From assembly GCA_964016885.1 (NCBI GenBank), contig OZ024760.1:10292001-10356000 (forward strand): DNA of 64,000 nt. The letters run 5' to 3'. The translations under genes and the position numbers were made by a program. The DNA is from Eledone cirrhosa (taxonomy: Eukaryota). Numbering within the stretch: position 1 is the stretch's first letter; every line of letters starts with the position of its first letter. Shown one piece after another: positions 40,728 through 53,929 of this stretch. A model generated the notes under the pieces. The model worked only from the letters and a program-made list of their open reading frames with translations. It had not been told where the DNA came from and searched no databases.

Positions 40728-40812
40728 TTGTACCAAAGGTCATTTATGCCTCTAGGACTCACTCACAGTTGACACAAGTTGTCCAGGAGTTGAAGAGGAC
40801 GGCATACAGCAG
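40728..40812 (+). CDS. RTEL1: RTEL1 coding exon 3 (motif Ia)
   Basis: Acceptor atttcag; (F)[27 protein letters not shown]; donor GTCAGT; phase 1 in, phase 2 out. Confidence 0.95.
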
Positions 40813-43800
40813 GTCAGTATATTTCGGGGACATACACTGGACATGGTAGTTTGTGGTGGTGGTGGTGAGTGATGGTCAATGTGGTTGGTGGTGGGGTGGG
40901 GTGGTGTATATAGAGTGGACATAGTGGGTGGGGGTGATGGTGGTAGTTGATGGGAAAAGATGTAGTTTGTTAACACATTCATACAACAAAACACCCAGAC
41001 GCATCATCATCATCATCACCGTTTTACCTCCGTTCTTCCACGCTAGCATGGGTTAGACGTGTTATCCTGTTGTGGGCAGTGTCTGGTCGGCTGACCTTGT
41101 CTTGCTCATATGGGAACTGATTCTGGCTTGATTTCTACAGCTGGATGCCCTTCCTAACACCAACCTCATTTACAGTGAGTGGTGGGTGCTTTTTTGCCCT
41201 GGCACCTCCACGTCCACTTTACAGTGGAATGATAGGGACCCCAGTCCCTATCATCTCATTTCTACAGCTGAGTAAACTGGAGCAATGTGAAATAAAGTGT
41301 CTTGCTCAAGGAAACAACACATCACCTGGTCTGAGAATTGAACTCACAACCTTTTGATTGCAAGCCCAATGCTCTAACCACTAAGCCATGTGCCTATACA
41401 TAGTATAAATATTATATTATTTATATATAAATTAATGATTTTATTTATTATATATTATTTACAATTTGCGTGTTGGTAGGTCTCTCTGGAAATACTGGTG
41501 GTGGTGGTGGTGAGGGGGGCTGAGTGTATTACTGGTGGTGGTGGGGGTGAGGGGGGAGGTCACCTCAAAAGTGATGTAGAGGTTTTGTCATTTGGCTGCT
41601 ATTTCTAGCAAAACCAGTGATCATATGTGGCAGTCTGTCATCACAAACTCCTAATAGAGAGCATAAAATGATCCAAAGGTGTGTGTGTGTTTGTGTTGTA
41701 AAGAATTTAGAACCATATATGCTTGTGTGTGTGAATTTATGTGTGTAGTAAATAATTTACAACACTATATATGTTTGCATATGTTTATCTGTGTGTGTGT
41801 ATGTGTATGTAAGTAATTTACAATATGTATGTGTGTGTTTGTATATGTAAATAGTTTACAGTATGTATGTGTGTGTGTATATATGTAAGTAATTTACAAT
41901 ATATATGTGTGTGTTTGTATATGTAAATAGTTTACAGTATGTATGTGTGTGTATATATGTAAGTAATTTACAATATATATGTGTGTGTTTGTATATGTAA
42001 ATAGTTTACAGTATGTATGTGTGTGTATATATGTAAGTAATTTACAATATGTATGTGTGTGTTTGTATATGTAAATAGTTTACAGTATGTATGTGTGTGT
42101 GTATATATGTAAGTAATTTACAATATGTATGTGTGTGTTTGTATATGTAAATAGTTTACAGTATGTATGTGTGTGTGTATATATGTAAGTAATTTACAAT
42201 ATGTATGTGTGTGTTTGTATATGTAAACAGTTTACAGTATGTGTGTGTGTATGTAAGTAATTTACAATATGTATGTGTGTGTTTGTATATGTAAACAGTT
42301 TACAATATGTATGTGTGTGTTTGTATATGTAAATAGTTTACAGTATGTATGTGTGTGTGTGTATATATGTAAGTAATTTACAATATGTATGTGTGTGACT
42401 AGGTCTTCCAGTATGTATCCTCCCCCACATTTGTTGTCTCCATGGTGATGACCTAGACTAGGTCATCATCACCACCAGCAGCAGGCTGCTTACAATAGAT
42501 GATCTCACCCCCACCTCTCCCCTCACTAACAGAATGGAAAGGTCACCAAACAATTGACTGTTAGTTGTGGTCCATAATGGAACAGTCTAATGTGGTATAT
42601 AGGGGATGGATGGCGGCATTGTGGTCCACAATGGAATAGTATAATGTGGTATGTAGGGATGGTGGGTGTTATTGAGGACTAATGGAACAGTCTAATGTGG
42701 TATATAGGGGATGGCGGCATTGTGGTCCACAATGGAATAGTATAATGTGGTTTGTAGGGGTGGCGGGTGTTATTGAGGACTAATGGAACAGTCTAATGTG
42801 GTATATAGGGGATGGCGGCATTGTGGTCCACAATGGAATAGTATAATGTGGTTTGTAGGGGTGGCGGGTGTTATTGAGGACTAATGGAACAGTCTAATGT
42901 GGTATATAGGGGATGGTGGGTTGTGGTATTAGTTGTGGTCCGTAATAGAACAGTCTAATGTGGTTTTTAGGGGGGTGGATGGTATAAAGGATTGTACTGG
43001 AACAGTCTAACGTGATATATAGCAGTGGTGGGTGGTATTGTTACTGCTGCTGTTGTTGTTGTTACAGCTGATGTTATAGCTGCTGTTGTTGTTACAGCCG
43101 CTGCTGTTGTTGTTGTTACTGCTGCTGTTGTTGTTACAGCTGCTGTTGTTGTTACAGCTGCTGTTGCTGTTACAGCTGCTGTTGTTGTTGCTGTTGATGT
43201 TACAGCTGTTGTTGTTGTTGTTACTGCTGCTGTTGCTGTTACAGCTGTTGTTGTTGTTGTTACAGTTATTGCTGTTGCTGTTACAGCTGATGTTATAGCT
43301 GCTGTTGTTGTTGTTACAGCTGATGTTATAGCTGCTGTTGTTGTTACAGCTGCTGTTGTTGCTGTTGATGTTACAGCTGTTGTTGTTGTTACAGCTGTTG
43401 TTGTTGTTACAGCAGCTGCTGCTGTTGTTGCTGTTGTTGTTACAGCCGCTGCTGTTGTTGTTACTGCTGCTGTTGTTGTTGCTGTTGATGTTACAGCTGC
43501 TGTTGTTGTTACTGCTGCTGTTGTTGATACAGCTGTCACTGCTGTTGTATGTACAATCATGTCAGTAGCATGCATATCAGTGCACTATTGCAGGTTGTGG
43601 TACCGTGCACTGTCCCCCCCACACACACACACACATAGGTCCAATCCTTGCTTTCATGGAAATCAAACTTAAAACTGTGATGATGATGATATATGTATAT
43701 TTAACATCCACACTTTCCCTGCAAGTGTAGAACAGGTCTACCTAGACAAAGTTACTACTGAAGTAAGGCTACTGATTTCCCAGTCCGAGGGAGCTGAATC

Positions 43801-45223
43801 CCGCTTCATCATCATCATCATCATCATCATCACTTTTACGTCCGTTCTTCCATGCTAGCATGGGTTAGACAGGTTGCCCTGTTGAGGGTAGTGTCCGGTC
43901 GGCTGACCATGGCTTGCTCATACGGGAACTGATTCTGGCTTGATTTCTACAGCTGGATGCCCTTCCTAACACCAACCTCATTTACAGTGAGTGCTGGGTG
44001 CTTTTTTGTCGTGGCACCTCCACGACCACTTTACAGTGGAATGATAGGGACCTCAGTCCCTATCATCTCATTTCTACAGCTGAGTAAACTGGAGCAATGT
44101 GAAATAAAGTGTCTTGCTCAAGGAAACAACACATCACCAGATCCGAGAATTGAACTCACAACCTTTCGATTGCAAGCCCCAATGCTCTAACCACTAAGCC
44201 ATGTGCCTTCTTCGGTTATTATAGAGCGCAGAAGTTGTGTTACAAACACCTTTCTAGGCTCGGCTACCCTAACACCAACCACTCTACAGTATGTACTGGG
44301 TGTGTTTATTGTGTAAATCTCTAACACTAAAGAGGCTGTCATGTCCTTGACACAACTAAAGCATCCATATATATATCATCATCATCATCATCATACGTCC
44401 AATTTTTACTTTCGTTTGCTACCACTTCTGCTGCCCTAGGTCTTGAAATTTGCACTTGGCAGACTTTGCATTGTATTTTATGCCAAATGTGTTAATACCT
44501 AAATTCTTCTCACATTATAATATACAACATGGCTTAGTGGTTAGAGCATTGGCCTTGCAATCGGAAGGTTGTGAGTTCAATTCTCAGACCGGGTGATGTG
44601 TTGTTTCCTTGAGCAAGACACTTTATTTCACATTGCTCCAGTTTACTCAGCTGTAGAAATGAGATGATAGGGACTGGGGTCCATATCATTCCACTGCAAA
44701 GTGGTCGTGGAGGTGCCACGGCAAAAAAGCACCCAGCACTCACTGTAAATGAGGTTGGTGTTAGGAAGGGCATCCAGCTGTAGAAATCAAGCCAGAATCA
44801 GTTCCCGTCCCACCCTTGCAAGCAGGGAAAAAGTGGACGTAAAATGATGATGAACACTAACACAAATTAAAATTGAAGAGAATATAAGGATATATACAAC
44901 TGAAATAGATGTCATATCTCTTCCTTGATGTATTTGTCCCTTCCAGCTTTGGTTTGGTATTTCTCTCCCGCCGATCTATCTATCAGCCTATCTATTTGTT
45001 CATTTTGTCAAATGTTTTAAAATGCATTGACGGCATTTTACTGTTTTGACAGCTATCCTTGCATTGAGATTCTTGTGCTAGGTTGGCAGTATCGGTGGAA
45101 CGGCAGACACCAGAGTTCAAATCCTGCTGAGGTTAACTTTGCCTTTCATCCTTACGGGGTCGATAAAATAAAGTACCAGTAATGTACTGGGGTAATTGCT
45201 GGCCTTGTGCCAAACGTAGAAAC

Positions 45224-45262
<39 letters not shown>

Positions 45263-45679
45263 TGCTTAACTACAATCACCACCAGCAACCTGCCACCACC
45301 CTGCTGCCACCATCATCACCATTAGTAGTAGTGGTGGTGGTGTTGGTAGTGGTGGTAGTGGTAGTGGTGGTGGTAGTAGTGGTGGTGGTGGTGGTAGTAG
45401 TGGTGGTGGTGGTAGTGGTGGTGTTGGTAGTAGTAGTGGTGGTAGTAGTGGTGGTGGTGGCAATAGTGGTGGTGGTGGTAGTAGTAGTGGTGGTGGTGGT
45501 AGTAGTGGTGTTGGTAGTAGTGGTGGTGGTGGTAGTAGTAGTAGTGGTGGTAGTAGTAGTGGTGGTGGTGGTATTGATGGCAAGGAAGCAAAGTTTTGAA
45601 TTCTTTCAAGAATATTTGTGGAATTTGGCAAAATTTAATAATTGTTGATCATGTGACCATGTTGTTGATGTTATCATAG

Positions 45680-47590
45680 TAGTGTTTATGTTGTGGTGGT
45701 GGTGGTATTTGTTGTGGTAGTGTTTATGTTGTGGTGGTAGTGTTTATGTTGTGGTGGTGGTGGTATTTGTTGTGGTAGTGTTTATGTTGTGGTGGTAGTG
45801 TTTATGTTGTGGTGGTGGTGGTATTTGTTGTGGTAGTGTTTATGTTGTGGTGGTAGTGTTTATGTTGTGGTGGTGGTGGTATTTGTTGTGGTAGTGTTTA
45901 TGTTGTGGTGGTGGTGGTATTTGTTGTGGTAGTGTTTATGTTGTGGTGGTGGTGGTATTTGTTGTGGTAGTGTTTATGTTGTGGTGGTGGTGGTATTTGT
46001 TGTGGTAGTGTTTATGTTGTGGTGGTGGTGGTATTTGTTGTGGTAGTGTTTATGTTGTGGTGGTGGTGGTATTTGTTGTGGTAGTGTTTATGTTGTGGTA
46101 GTGTTTATGTTGTGGTGGTGGTGGTATTTGTTGTGGTAGTCTTTATGTTGTGGTAGTGTTTATGTTGTGGTGGTGGTGGTATTTGTTGTGGTAGTGTTTA
46201 TGTTGTGGTGGTATTTGTTGTGGTAGTGTTTATGTTGTGGTGGTGGTGGTATTTGTTGTGGTAGTGTTTATGTTGTGGTGGTGGTGGTATTTGTTGTGGT
46301 AGTGTTTATGTTGTGGTGGTGGTGGTATTTGTTGTGGTAGTGTTTATGTTGTGGTGGTGGTGGTATTTGTTGTGGTAGTGTTTATGTTGTGGTGGTGGTG
46401 GTATTTGTTGTGGTAGTGTTTATGTTGTGGTGGTGGTGGTATTTGTTGTGGTAGTGTTTATGTTGTGGTGGTGGTGGTATTTGTTGTGGTAGTGTTTATG
46501 TTGTGGTGGTGGTGGTATTTGTTGTGGTAGTGTTTATGTTGTGGTGGTGGTGGTATTTGTTGTGGTAGTGTTTATGTTGTGGTGGTGGTGGTATTTGTTG
46601 TGGTAGTGTTTATGTTGTGGTGGTGGTGGTATTTGTTGTGGTAGTGTTTATGTTGTGGTGGTGGTGGTATTTGTTGTGGTAGTGTTTATGTTGTGGTGGT
46701 GGTGGTATTTGTTGTGGTAGTGTTTATGTTGTGGTGGTGGTGGTATTTGTTGTGGTGGTGGTGGTATTTGTTGTGGTAGTGTTTATGTTGTGGTGGTGGT
46801 GGTATTTGTTGTGGTAGTGTTTATGTTGTGGTGGTGGTGGTATTTGTTGTGGTAGTCTTTATGTTGTGGTAGTGTTTATGTTGTGGTGGTGGTGGTATTT
46901 GTTGTGGTAGTCTTTATGTTGTGGTGGTGGTGGTATTTGTTGTGGTAGTGTTTATGTTGTGGTGGTGGTGGTATTTGTTGTGGTAGTGTTTATGTTGTGG
47001 TAGTGGTGGTATTTGTTGTGGTAGTCTTTATGTTGTGGTAGTGTTTATGTTGTGGTGGTGGTGGTATTTGTTGTGGTAGTGTTTATGTTGTGGTGGTATT
47101 TGTTGTGGTAGTGTTTATGTTGTGGTGGTGGTGGTATTTGTTGTGGTAGTGTTTATGTTGTGGTGGTGGTGGTATTTGTTGTGGTAGTGTTTATGTTGTA
47201 GTGGTGGTGGTATTTGTTGTGGTAGTGTTTATGTTGTGGTGGTGGTGGTATTTGTTGTGGTAGTGTTTATGTTGTAGTGGTGGTGGTATTTGTTGTGGTA
47301 GTGTTTATGTTGTGGTGGTGGTGGTATTTGTTGTGGTAGTGTTTATGTTGTAGTGGTGGTGGTATTTGTTGTGGTAGTCTTTATGTTGTGGTAGTGTTTA
47401 TGTTGTGGTAGTGGTGGTATTTGTTGTGGTAGTCTTTATGTTGTGGTAGTGTTTATGTTGTGGTGGTGGTGGTATTTGTTGTGGTAGTGTTTATGTTGTG
47501 GTGGTGGTGGTATTTGTTGTGGTAGTGTTTATGTTGTGGTGGTGGTGGTATTTGTTGTGGTAGTGATGGTATTTGTTGTGGTAGTGGTGG
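45680..47590. repeat. 38-bp GT-rich minisatellite
   Basis: gtagtgtttatgttgtggtggtggtggtatttgttgtg. Confidence 0.9.
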
Positions 47591-47744
47591 TGGTAGAGAC
47601 CTGTTGTTTAACTCTAGGTTAATACTGAATGAGTCAATCAGAAGTGCTCCATCCATGACCATCCCATTTAACAGTATGTAGGACAACATATCTCAGTGTC
47701 GTTTAGCACTACCACAACATAAATACTACCACCACCACCACCCG

Positions 47745-48609
47745 TTACATGTGTGCCACACCCTCTACCCTGTTACATGTGTGCCACCCTCTACCCTGTT
47801 ACATGTGTGCCACCCTCTCTACCCTGTTACATGTGTGCCACCCTCTCTACCCTGTCACATGTGTGCCACCCTCTCTACCCTGTTACATGGGTGTCACCCT
47901 CTCTACCCTGTCACATGTGTGCCACCCTCTCTACCCTGTTACATGTGTGCCACCCTCTCTACCCTATTACATGTGTGCCACCCTCTCTACCCTGTTACAT
48001 GTGTGCCACCCTCTCTACCCTGTTACATATGTGCCACCCTCTCTACCCTGTTACATGTGTGCCACCCTCTCTACCCTATTACATGTGTGCCACCCTCTCT
48101 ACCCTGTCACATGTGTGCCACCCTCTCTACGCTGTTACATGTGTGCCACCCTCTACCCTGTTACATGTGTGCCACCCTCTCTACCCTATTACATGTGTGC
48201 CACCCTCTCTACCCTGTTACATGTGTGCCACCCTCTCTACCCTGTTACATGTGTGCCACCCTCTCTACCCTGTTACATATGTGCCACCCTCTACCCTGTT
48301 ACATGTGTGCCACCCTCTCTACCCTATTACATGTGTGCCACCCTCTCTACCCTGTCACATGTGTGCCACCCTCTCTACCCTGTTACATGTGTTACATGTG
48401 TGTCACCCTCTCTACCCTGTTACATGTGTGTCACCCTCTCTACCCTGTCACATATGTGCCACCCTCTCTACCCTGTCACATGTGTGCCACCCTCTCTACC
48501 CTGTTACATGTGTGTCACCCTCTCTACCCTGTCACATATGTGCCACCCTCTCTACCCTGTCACATGTGTGCCACCCTCTCTACCCTGTTACATGGGTGTC
48601 ACCCTCTCT
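47745..48609. repeat. 28-bp minisatellite abutting the exon 4 acceptor
   Basis: tgttacatgtgtgccaccctctctaccc, about 30 copies. Confidence 0.9.
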
Positions 48610-48618
48610 TATTTTCAG

Positions 48619-48700
48619 CGTCAATGTATCAGTTTTGGGTTCCAGAGAACAACTGTGTGTCAACAAACAGGTGAAGAAGGAAACCAGTAATACAAATAAG
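48619..48700 (+). CDS. RTEL1: RTEL1 coding exon 4 (first Fe-S Cys)
   Basis: Acceptor attttcag; (S)VNVSVLGSREQLCVNKQVKKETSNTNK; donor GTAGGT; 82 nt, phase 2 to 0. Confidence 0.95.
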
Positions 48701-48708
48701 GTAGGTTT

Positions 48709-49062
48709 ACCTGTAATTAAGGGTTCTTCCTGGTCACACCTGTAATTAAGGGTTTTACCTGGTCACACCTGTAATTAAAGGTTCCACCAGGTCACACCTG
48801 TAATTAAGGGATTGATCTGGTCACACCTGTAATTAAGGGATTGATCTGGTCACCTGTAATTAAGGGTTCCACCAGGTCGCACCTGTAATTAAGGGATTGA
48901 TCTGGTCACACCTATAATTAAGGGTTCTACCAGGTCACACCTGTAATTAAGGGTTCTACCAGGTCACACCTGTAATTAAGGGATTGATCTGGTCACACCT
49001 GTAATTAAGGGATTGATCTGGTCACAACTGTAATTAAGGGATTGATCTCATCACACCTGTAT
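48709..49062. repeat. 29-bp minisatellite abutting the exon 4 donor
   Basis: cacctgtaattaagggattgatctggtca, about 12 copies. Confidence 0.9.
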
Positions 49063-49067
49063 ATGTG

Positions 49068-49103
<36 letters not shown>

Positions 49104-50559
49104 CACATACACATGTACACACACACACTCACATATATACTGCAGATTTCTGTTTTATAGCATGGGTTAGACAGGTTGTCCTGTTGTGGGCAGTGTCCGG
49201 TCGGCTGACCTTGTCTTGCTCATATGGGAACTGATTCTGGCTTGATTTCTACAGCTGGATGCCCTTCCTAACACCAACCTCATTTACAGTGTGGGCTGGG
49301 TGCTCTAACCACTAAGCCATGTGCCTTCACTATACATATATACATACATACGTACACACATACAAACATATACACATACATGTATACACATATACATATA
49401 TGCATGCATACAGACATGCATTCATACACAAACATACATATATACATCCATACACACACATACATACATAAGCATACAAACATATATATACACATACATA
49501 CAATCATACATATACACATAAGTACACACATGCATATATACATATATATGCATAGACACATGCATACATACATAGCATACATGAATGTATAACATACATA
49601 CAAACATATATATATATACTTACATATATAAGCACACACATACATACATACAAACATATATATACATACATGCATATGTACATACATATATACATACATA
49701 CATACATACATGGTGGCTGCCAACTCGTTTTCGAGTACGGCCACTACTTTATATCCATGTAGGAGAACCCCTACCGATGCGCTGAACGAGTGTGACTTTT
49801 TAGTCCAGCCAGCGACTTGAAAACTCTGGTACAAACACTACACTTGTGACAATTATTGACACATAGTGCTGGGCCCATGGTACCATGTGATGACAAGTGT
49901 AGAGAGATCTCCAGATATAAAGCAATGCCTGTGCCGTGAAGCTTTTATAGTGAGCAATTGCACTGCACAAAGCCAGTCCCACTCTCTTAACCAAGATGAT
50001 ATTTACCAAAAAGAAGAACAAGTCAACATCATTGGATACCATCAGGGTTGCAGGTGTTATATCAGAGTTTTCCTTCTCCTAGAATTCTGCCTTGACAAAG
50101 GCTAAGGGGTCATCTCTCTCGGTGATTTTGGATGGCCATTGACTCTTAAGAGCTCCTTTGCCCTTTGACAGGTTTTGTTATACATACATGCATGCATATG
50201 TACATACATATATACATACATACATGATGTACATGCATATACACATACATGCATATGTACATACATACATGCATATATACATGCATATGTACGCACATAT
50301 ATACATACATACATGCATATATACATGCATATGTACATACATATATATATATATATATACATGCATATGTACATACATGTATACATACATGCATATGTAC
50401 ATGCATATATACATACGTGCATTTGTTCATACATATATACATACATGCATTTAAACACATACACACACATACATATATATACACAGTAATGGTTGCTTAA
50501 ACAGCAGCTATATGTACTTTAAGATAAGCCTTAATCATTAATATTTCAACATGTGCACT

Positions 50560-51540
50560 TCCTTCCTCCTCTCTCTCTTCCCCTTCCCCCCTCTCTCTCT
50601 CCCCTTCCTCTCCCTCTCTTCCCCTTCCTCTCTTGCTTTTTCCTTCTCTCCCTTGCTCTTCCCCTCTCTCTCTTGCTACTACCTCCTCTCTCTTGCTCTT
50701 TCCCTCTCTCTCTTCCCCTTCCCCTCTCTCTCTTCCCCTTCCCCTTTATCTTCCCCTTCCCCTTTCTCTTCCCCTTCCCCTCTCTTCCTCTTCCCCTTCC
50801 CCTCTCTTCCTCTTCCCCTTCCCCTCTCTTCCCCTTCCCCTCTCTTCCTCTTCCCCTTCCCCTCTCTTCCTCTTCCCCTTCCCCCTCTTTCTCCCCCCCC
50901 TCTCTCTTCCCCTTCCCTCTCTATCTCTTCCCCTCTCTCTCTTCCCCTTCCCCTCTCTCTCTTGCTCTTCCCCTCTCTCTCTTCCCCTTCCCCTTTCTCT
51001 CTTGCTCTTCCCCTCTCTCTCTTCCCCTTCCCCTCTCTTCCCCCCTCTCTCTCTTCACCTTCTCCTCTCTCCCTTGCTCCTTCCCTCTCTTTCTCTTTCC
51101 CTCTCTCTCTTGCTCCTTCCCCTCTCTCTCTTTCTATTTCCCTCTCTTCCCCTCTCTCTTGCTCTTCCCCTCTCTCTCTCTTCCCATTCCTCTCTCTCTT
51201 CCCCTTCCCTTCCCTCTCTTGCTCCTTCCCTCTCTCTCTTGCTCCTTCCCCCTCTCCCTTCCCCCTCTCTCTCTTCTTCCCCTCTCTCTCTTTCCCCTCT
51301 TTCTCTTGCTCCTTCCCCCTCTCTCTCTTTCTATTTCTCCTTCCCCCTCTCTCTCTTTCTATTTCCCTCTCTTCCCCTCTCTCTCTTGCTCTTCCCCTCT
51401 CTCTCTTCCTCTTTCTCTCTTGCTCTTTCCCTCTCTCCTCTCTATCTCTTTCTCCCTCTCCTCTCCCTTTCCCGCTCTCTTCCTATCTCTTTCTCCCTCT
51501 GTTCCCCCCCCCCTACCCCCCTCTCTTCTCCCCCTCTCCA
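50560..51540. repeat. About 1-kb polypyrimidine (CT-rich) tract
   Basis: ctctcttcccctt modules with very few purines. Confidence 0.9.
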
Positions 51541-51749
51541 CATACCTACTGCATGTGTCATCAGCAGTGCATGTGTGTTGCACCTAATCCTGCAATTGAT
51601 GCCATTTCTCCACTGCACCAGCAGGTGCATACAACAGGCAGCTTTCCCCTGCAATCACTTGATAACATTTGTTTGTAACCTCTAGTTACCATGGAAACAA
51701 TGTGACACAGTATCTGTACCACCAGTTACACCATGTGACATTCTTATGC

Positions 51750-52410
51750 TACAGACATGTGGTCAGAATGTCTGAAGAAAATTGAGCGATCACAGCTCTC
51801 ATACTACAGACATGTGGTCAGAATGTCTGAAGAAAATTGGGAGATCACAGCTCTGATACTACAGACATGTGGTCAGAATGTCTGAAGAAAATTGAGAGAT
51901 CACAGCTCTGATACTACAGACATGTGGTCAGAATGTCTGAAGAAAATTGAGAGATGACAGCTCTCATACTACAGACATGTGGTCAGAATGTCTGAAGAAA
52001 ATTGGGAGATCACAGCTCTGATACTACAGACATGTGGTCAGAATGTCTGAAGAAAATTGGGAGATCACAGCTCTGATACTACAGACATGTGGTCACAATG
52101 TCTGAAGAAAATTGGGAGATCACAGCTCTCATACTACAGACATGTGGTCAGAATGTCTGAAGAAAATTGGGAGATCACAGCTCTGATACTACAGACATGT
52201 GGTCAGAATGTCTGAAGAAAATTGAGAGATCACAGCTCTGATACTACAGACATGTGGTCAGAATGTCTCAGGAAAGAATTACTGAAGAGATTTTACAGCC
52301 AAAACCCTGGAGATCCAGCTGGATCAATTGCAGAAGGATGTGTTGGACAGGACTCTCTGGATGGTTTGCTTGGGGACTTTGCCCCCATGACACTCCTAGG
52401 AATAAGTGGG
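51750..52410 (+). mobile_element. RTE-like LINE 3' fragment with 55-bp tandem array (~9 copies)
   Basis: Unit attgagagatcacagctctgatactacagacatgtggtcagaatgtctgaagaaa is homologous to part of the 111-bp unit at 16.3-17.4 kb. Confidence 0.75.
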
Positions 52411-52527
52411 GGAAGAAAACTACTTATAAAATACAAATGGCCTTTGGCCCCTTTTTAAGACCAGGTATAATCCCATGTGTTTAACATGACTACCTGGCTA
52501 TAAATCTATCTATCTATCTATCTATCT

Positions 52528-53100
52528 ATTTACGACTATTGTCGCGGGTGGGACCAATCCGGTTGACCACCGAGTCCATTGTCATAATCAAACCGCCACC
52601 CTCCTTCAAAAACGAAGGAGAGGCAGTTTTCCTTTGTGTGATAGCTCTGGCGAAAGAGGTTGTATGGTGGACAAGGTTAAAAGGGCTGAGGTCAGACACC
52701 TTTCTCTCCGGCCAACAACTGATTCTTTTTTTCAAATACCACTTTGGAAGAAGAATCAGGATGGAGAGAAAGGTGCTGTACCTCAGCAAGTTTTATGAAA
52801 GGTGGGTGAAAGTGGCGAGAATGGCCCCAGTGAATGGGCCTTCTCTCTATATCAGCCTGTAGGTTGAGGAAAAGGAGGAAGAGAGGAAAGGGGTACAAAC
52901 TCTTCGTACTCCTGGAGATGAGGGTTGCACATTTTTTCAGGGGTATGTGTTACCCATATGTAATGTCTCCCCCTATTGGGGAAAATCGATTAATTTTTAA
53001 ATTGCATTTGTGATAATATTTTACACGTTTTTATTGTATGTAAGCTTCCCCCTTTGTATTTGTCCCCTTCTTTTGTGCCCCTGTGGCTAATAAAGAAACA
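52528..53100 (+). mobile_element. L1/Tx1-like LINE 3' end
   Basis: IALAKEVVWWTRLKG...FYERW C-terminal pattern, 3'UTR, AATAAA near 53089; (TATC)n on both sides. Confidence 0.55.
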
Positions 53101-53929
53101 TATCTATCTATATATCTATCTATATATCTATATATCTATATATATATATCTATATATATAATCCTCATTTAACATTCACCCCCCCCATTCACATATGCTC
53201 ACATTACATATTTCTATAATATATATACTCATGAGCACACACACACACACACATATAATATGTATACACACACACATATTTATAGACATGCACATATATA
53301 TATATACACACGTGCACACTCATATACAATACATACACACACATATAATACACAAACACACACACACACACACATACACACACATACACACTTACACACA
53401 TACACACACATACACACATACACACACATAGTAGAGTGTAGTTAGCAATTGTTGCTTAATCATCAAATAATCAAACTGGAACACACCCACGTGTGTGTGT
53501 GTGTGACCATGTGTGTATATATGTGTATGTGTCCATGTGTGTATGTGCCTGCGTGTGACTATATATACGTCTATGTGCCCGTGTGTGTATGTATATATGT
53601 GTATGTGCGCCCGTGTGTGTGTATATATGTGTATGTGCCCGTGTGTGTATGTATATATGTGTATGTGCGCCCGTGTGTGTGTATATATGTGTATGCGCCC
53701 GTGCGTGTTATATGTGTATGTGCCCATGTGTGTGTATGTATGTATGTGTGTACCCATGTGTGTGTGTGCGTGAGTGTGCATGTGTGTGTGTGTTCATGTA
53801 TGTGTGTGTGTGTGCATGTGCGAGTGTGCACATGAATATGTATTGCATGTGCAAACAAACACACATATGTGTAGGCTGCAAAATTGATAATTATTCCAGA
53901 AAGAGATTCTTATCTGAGTCTTTTTGGTG

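Noticed and set aside
49712-50160. Missing RTEL1 exon or nested gene
   Set aside because: Exons 4 and 5 already join in phase; this island has stops and no recognised motif, and is probably a decayed TE fragment.
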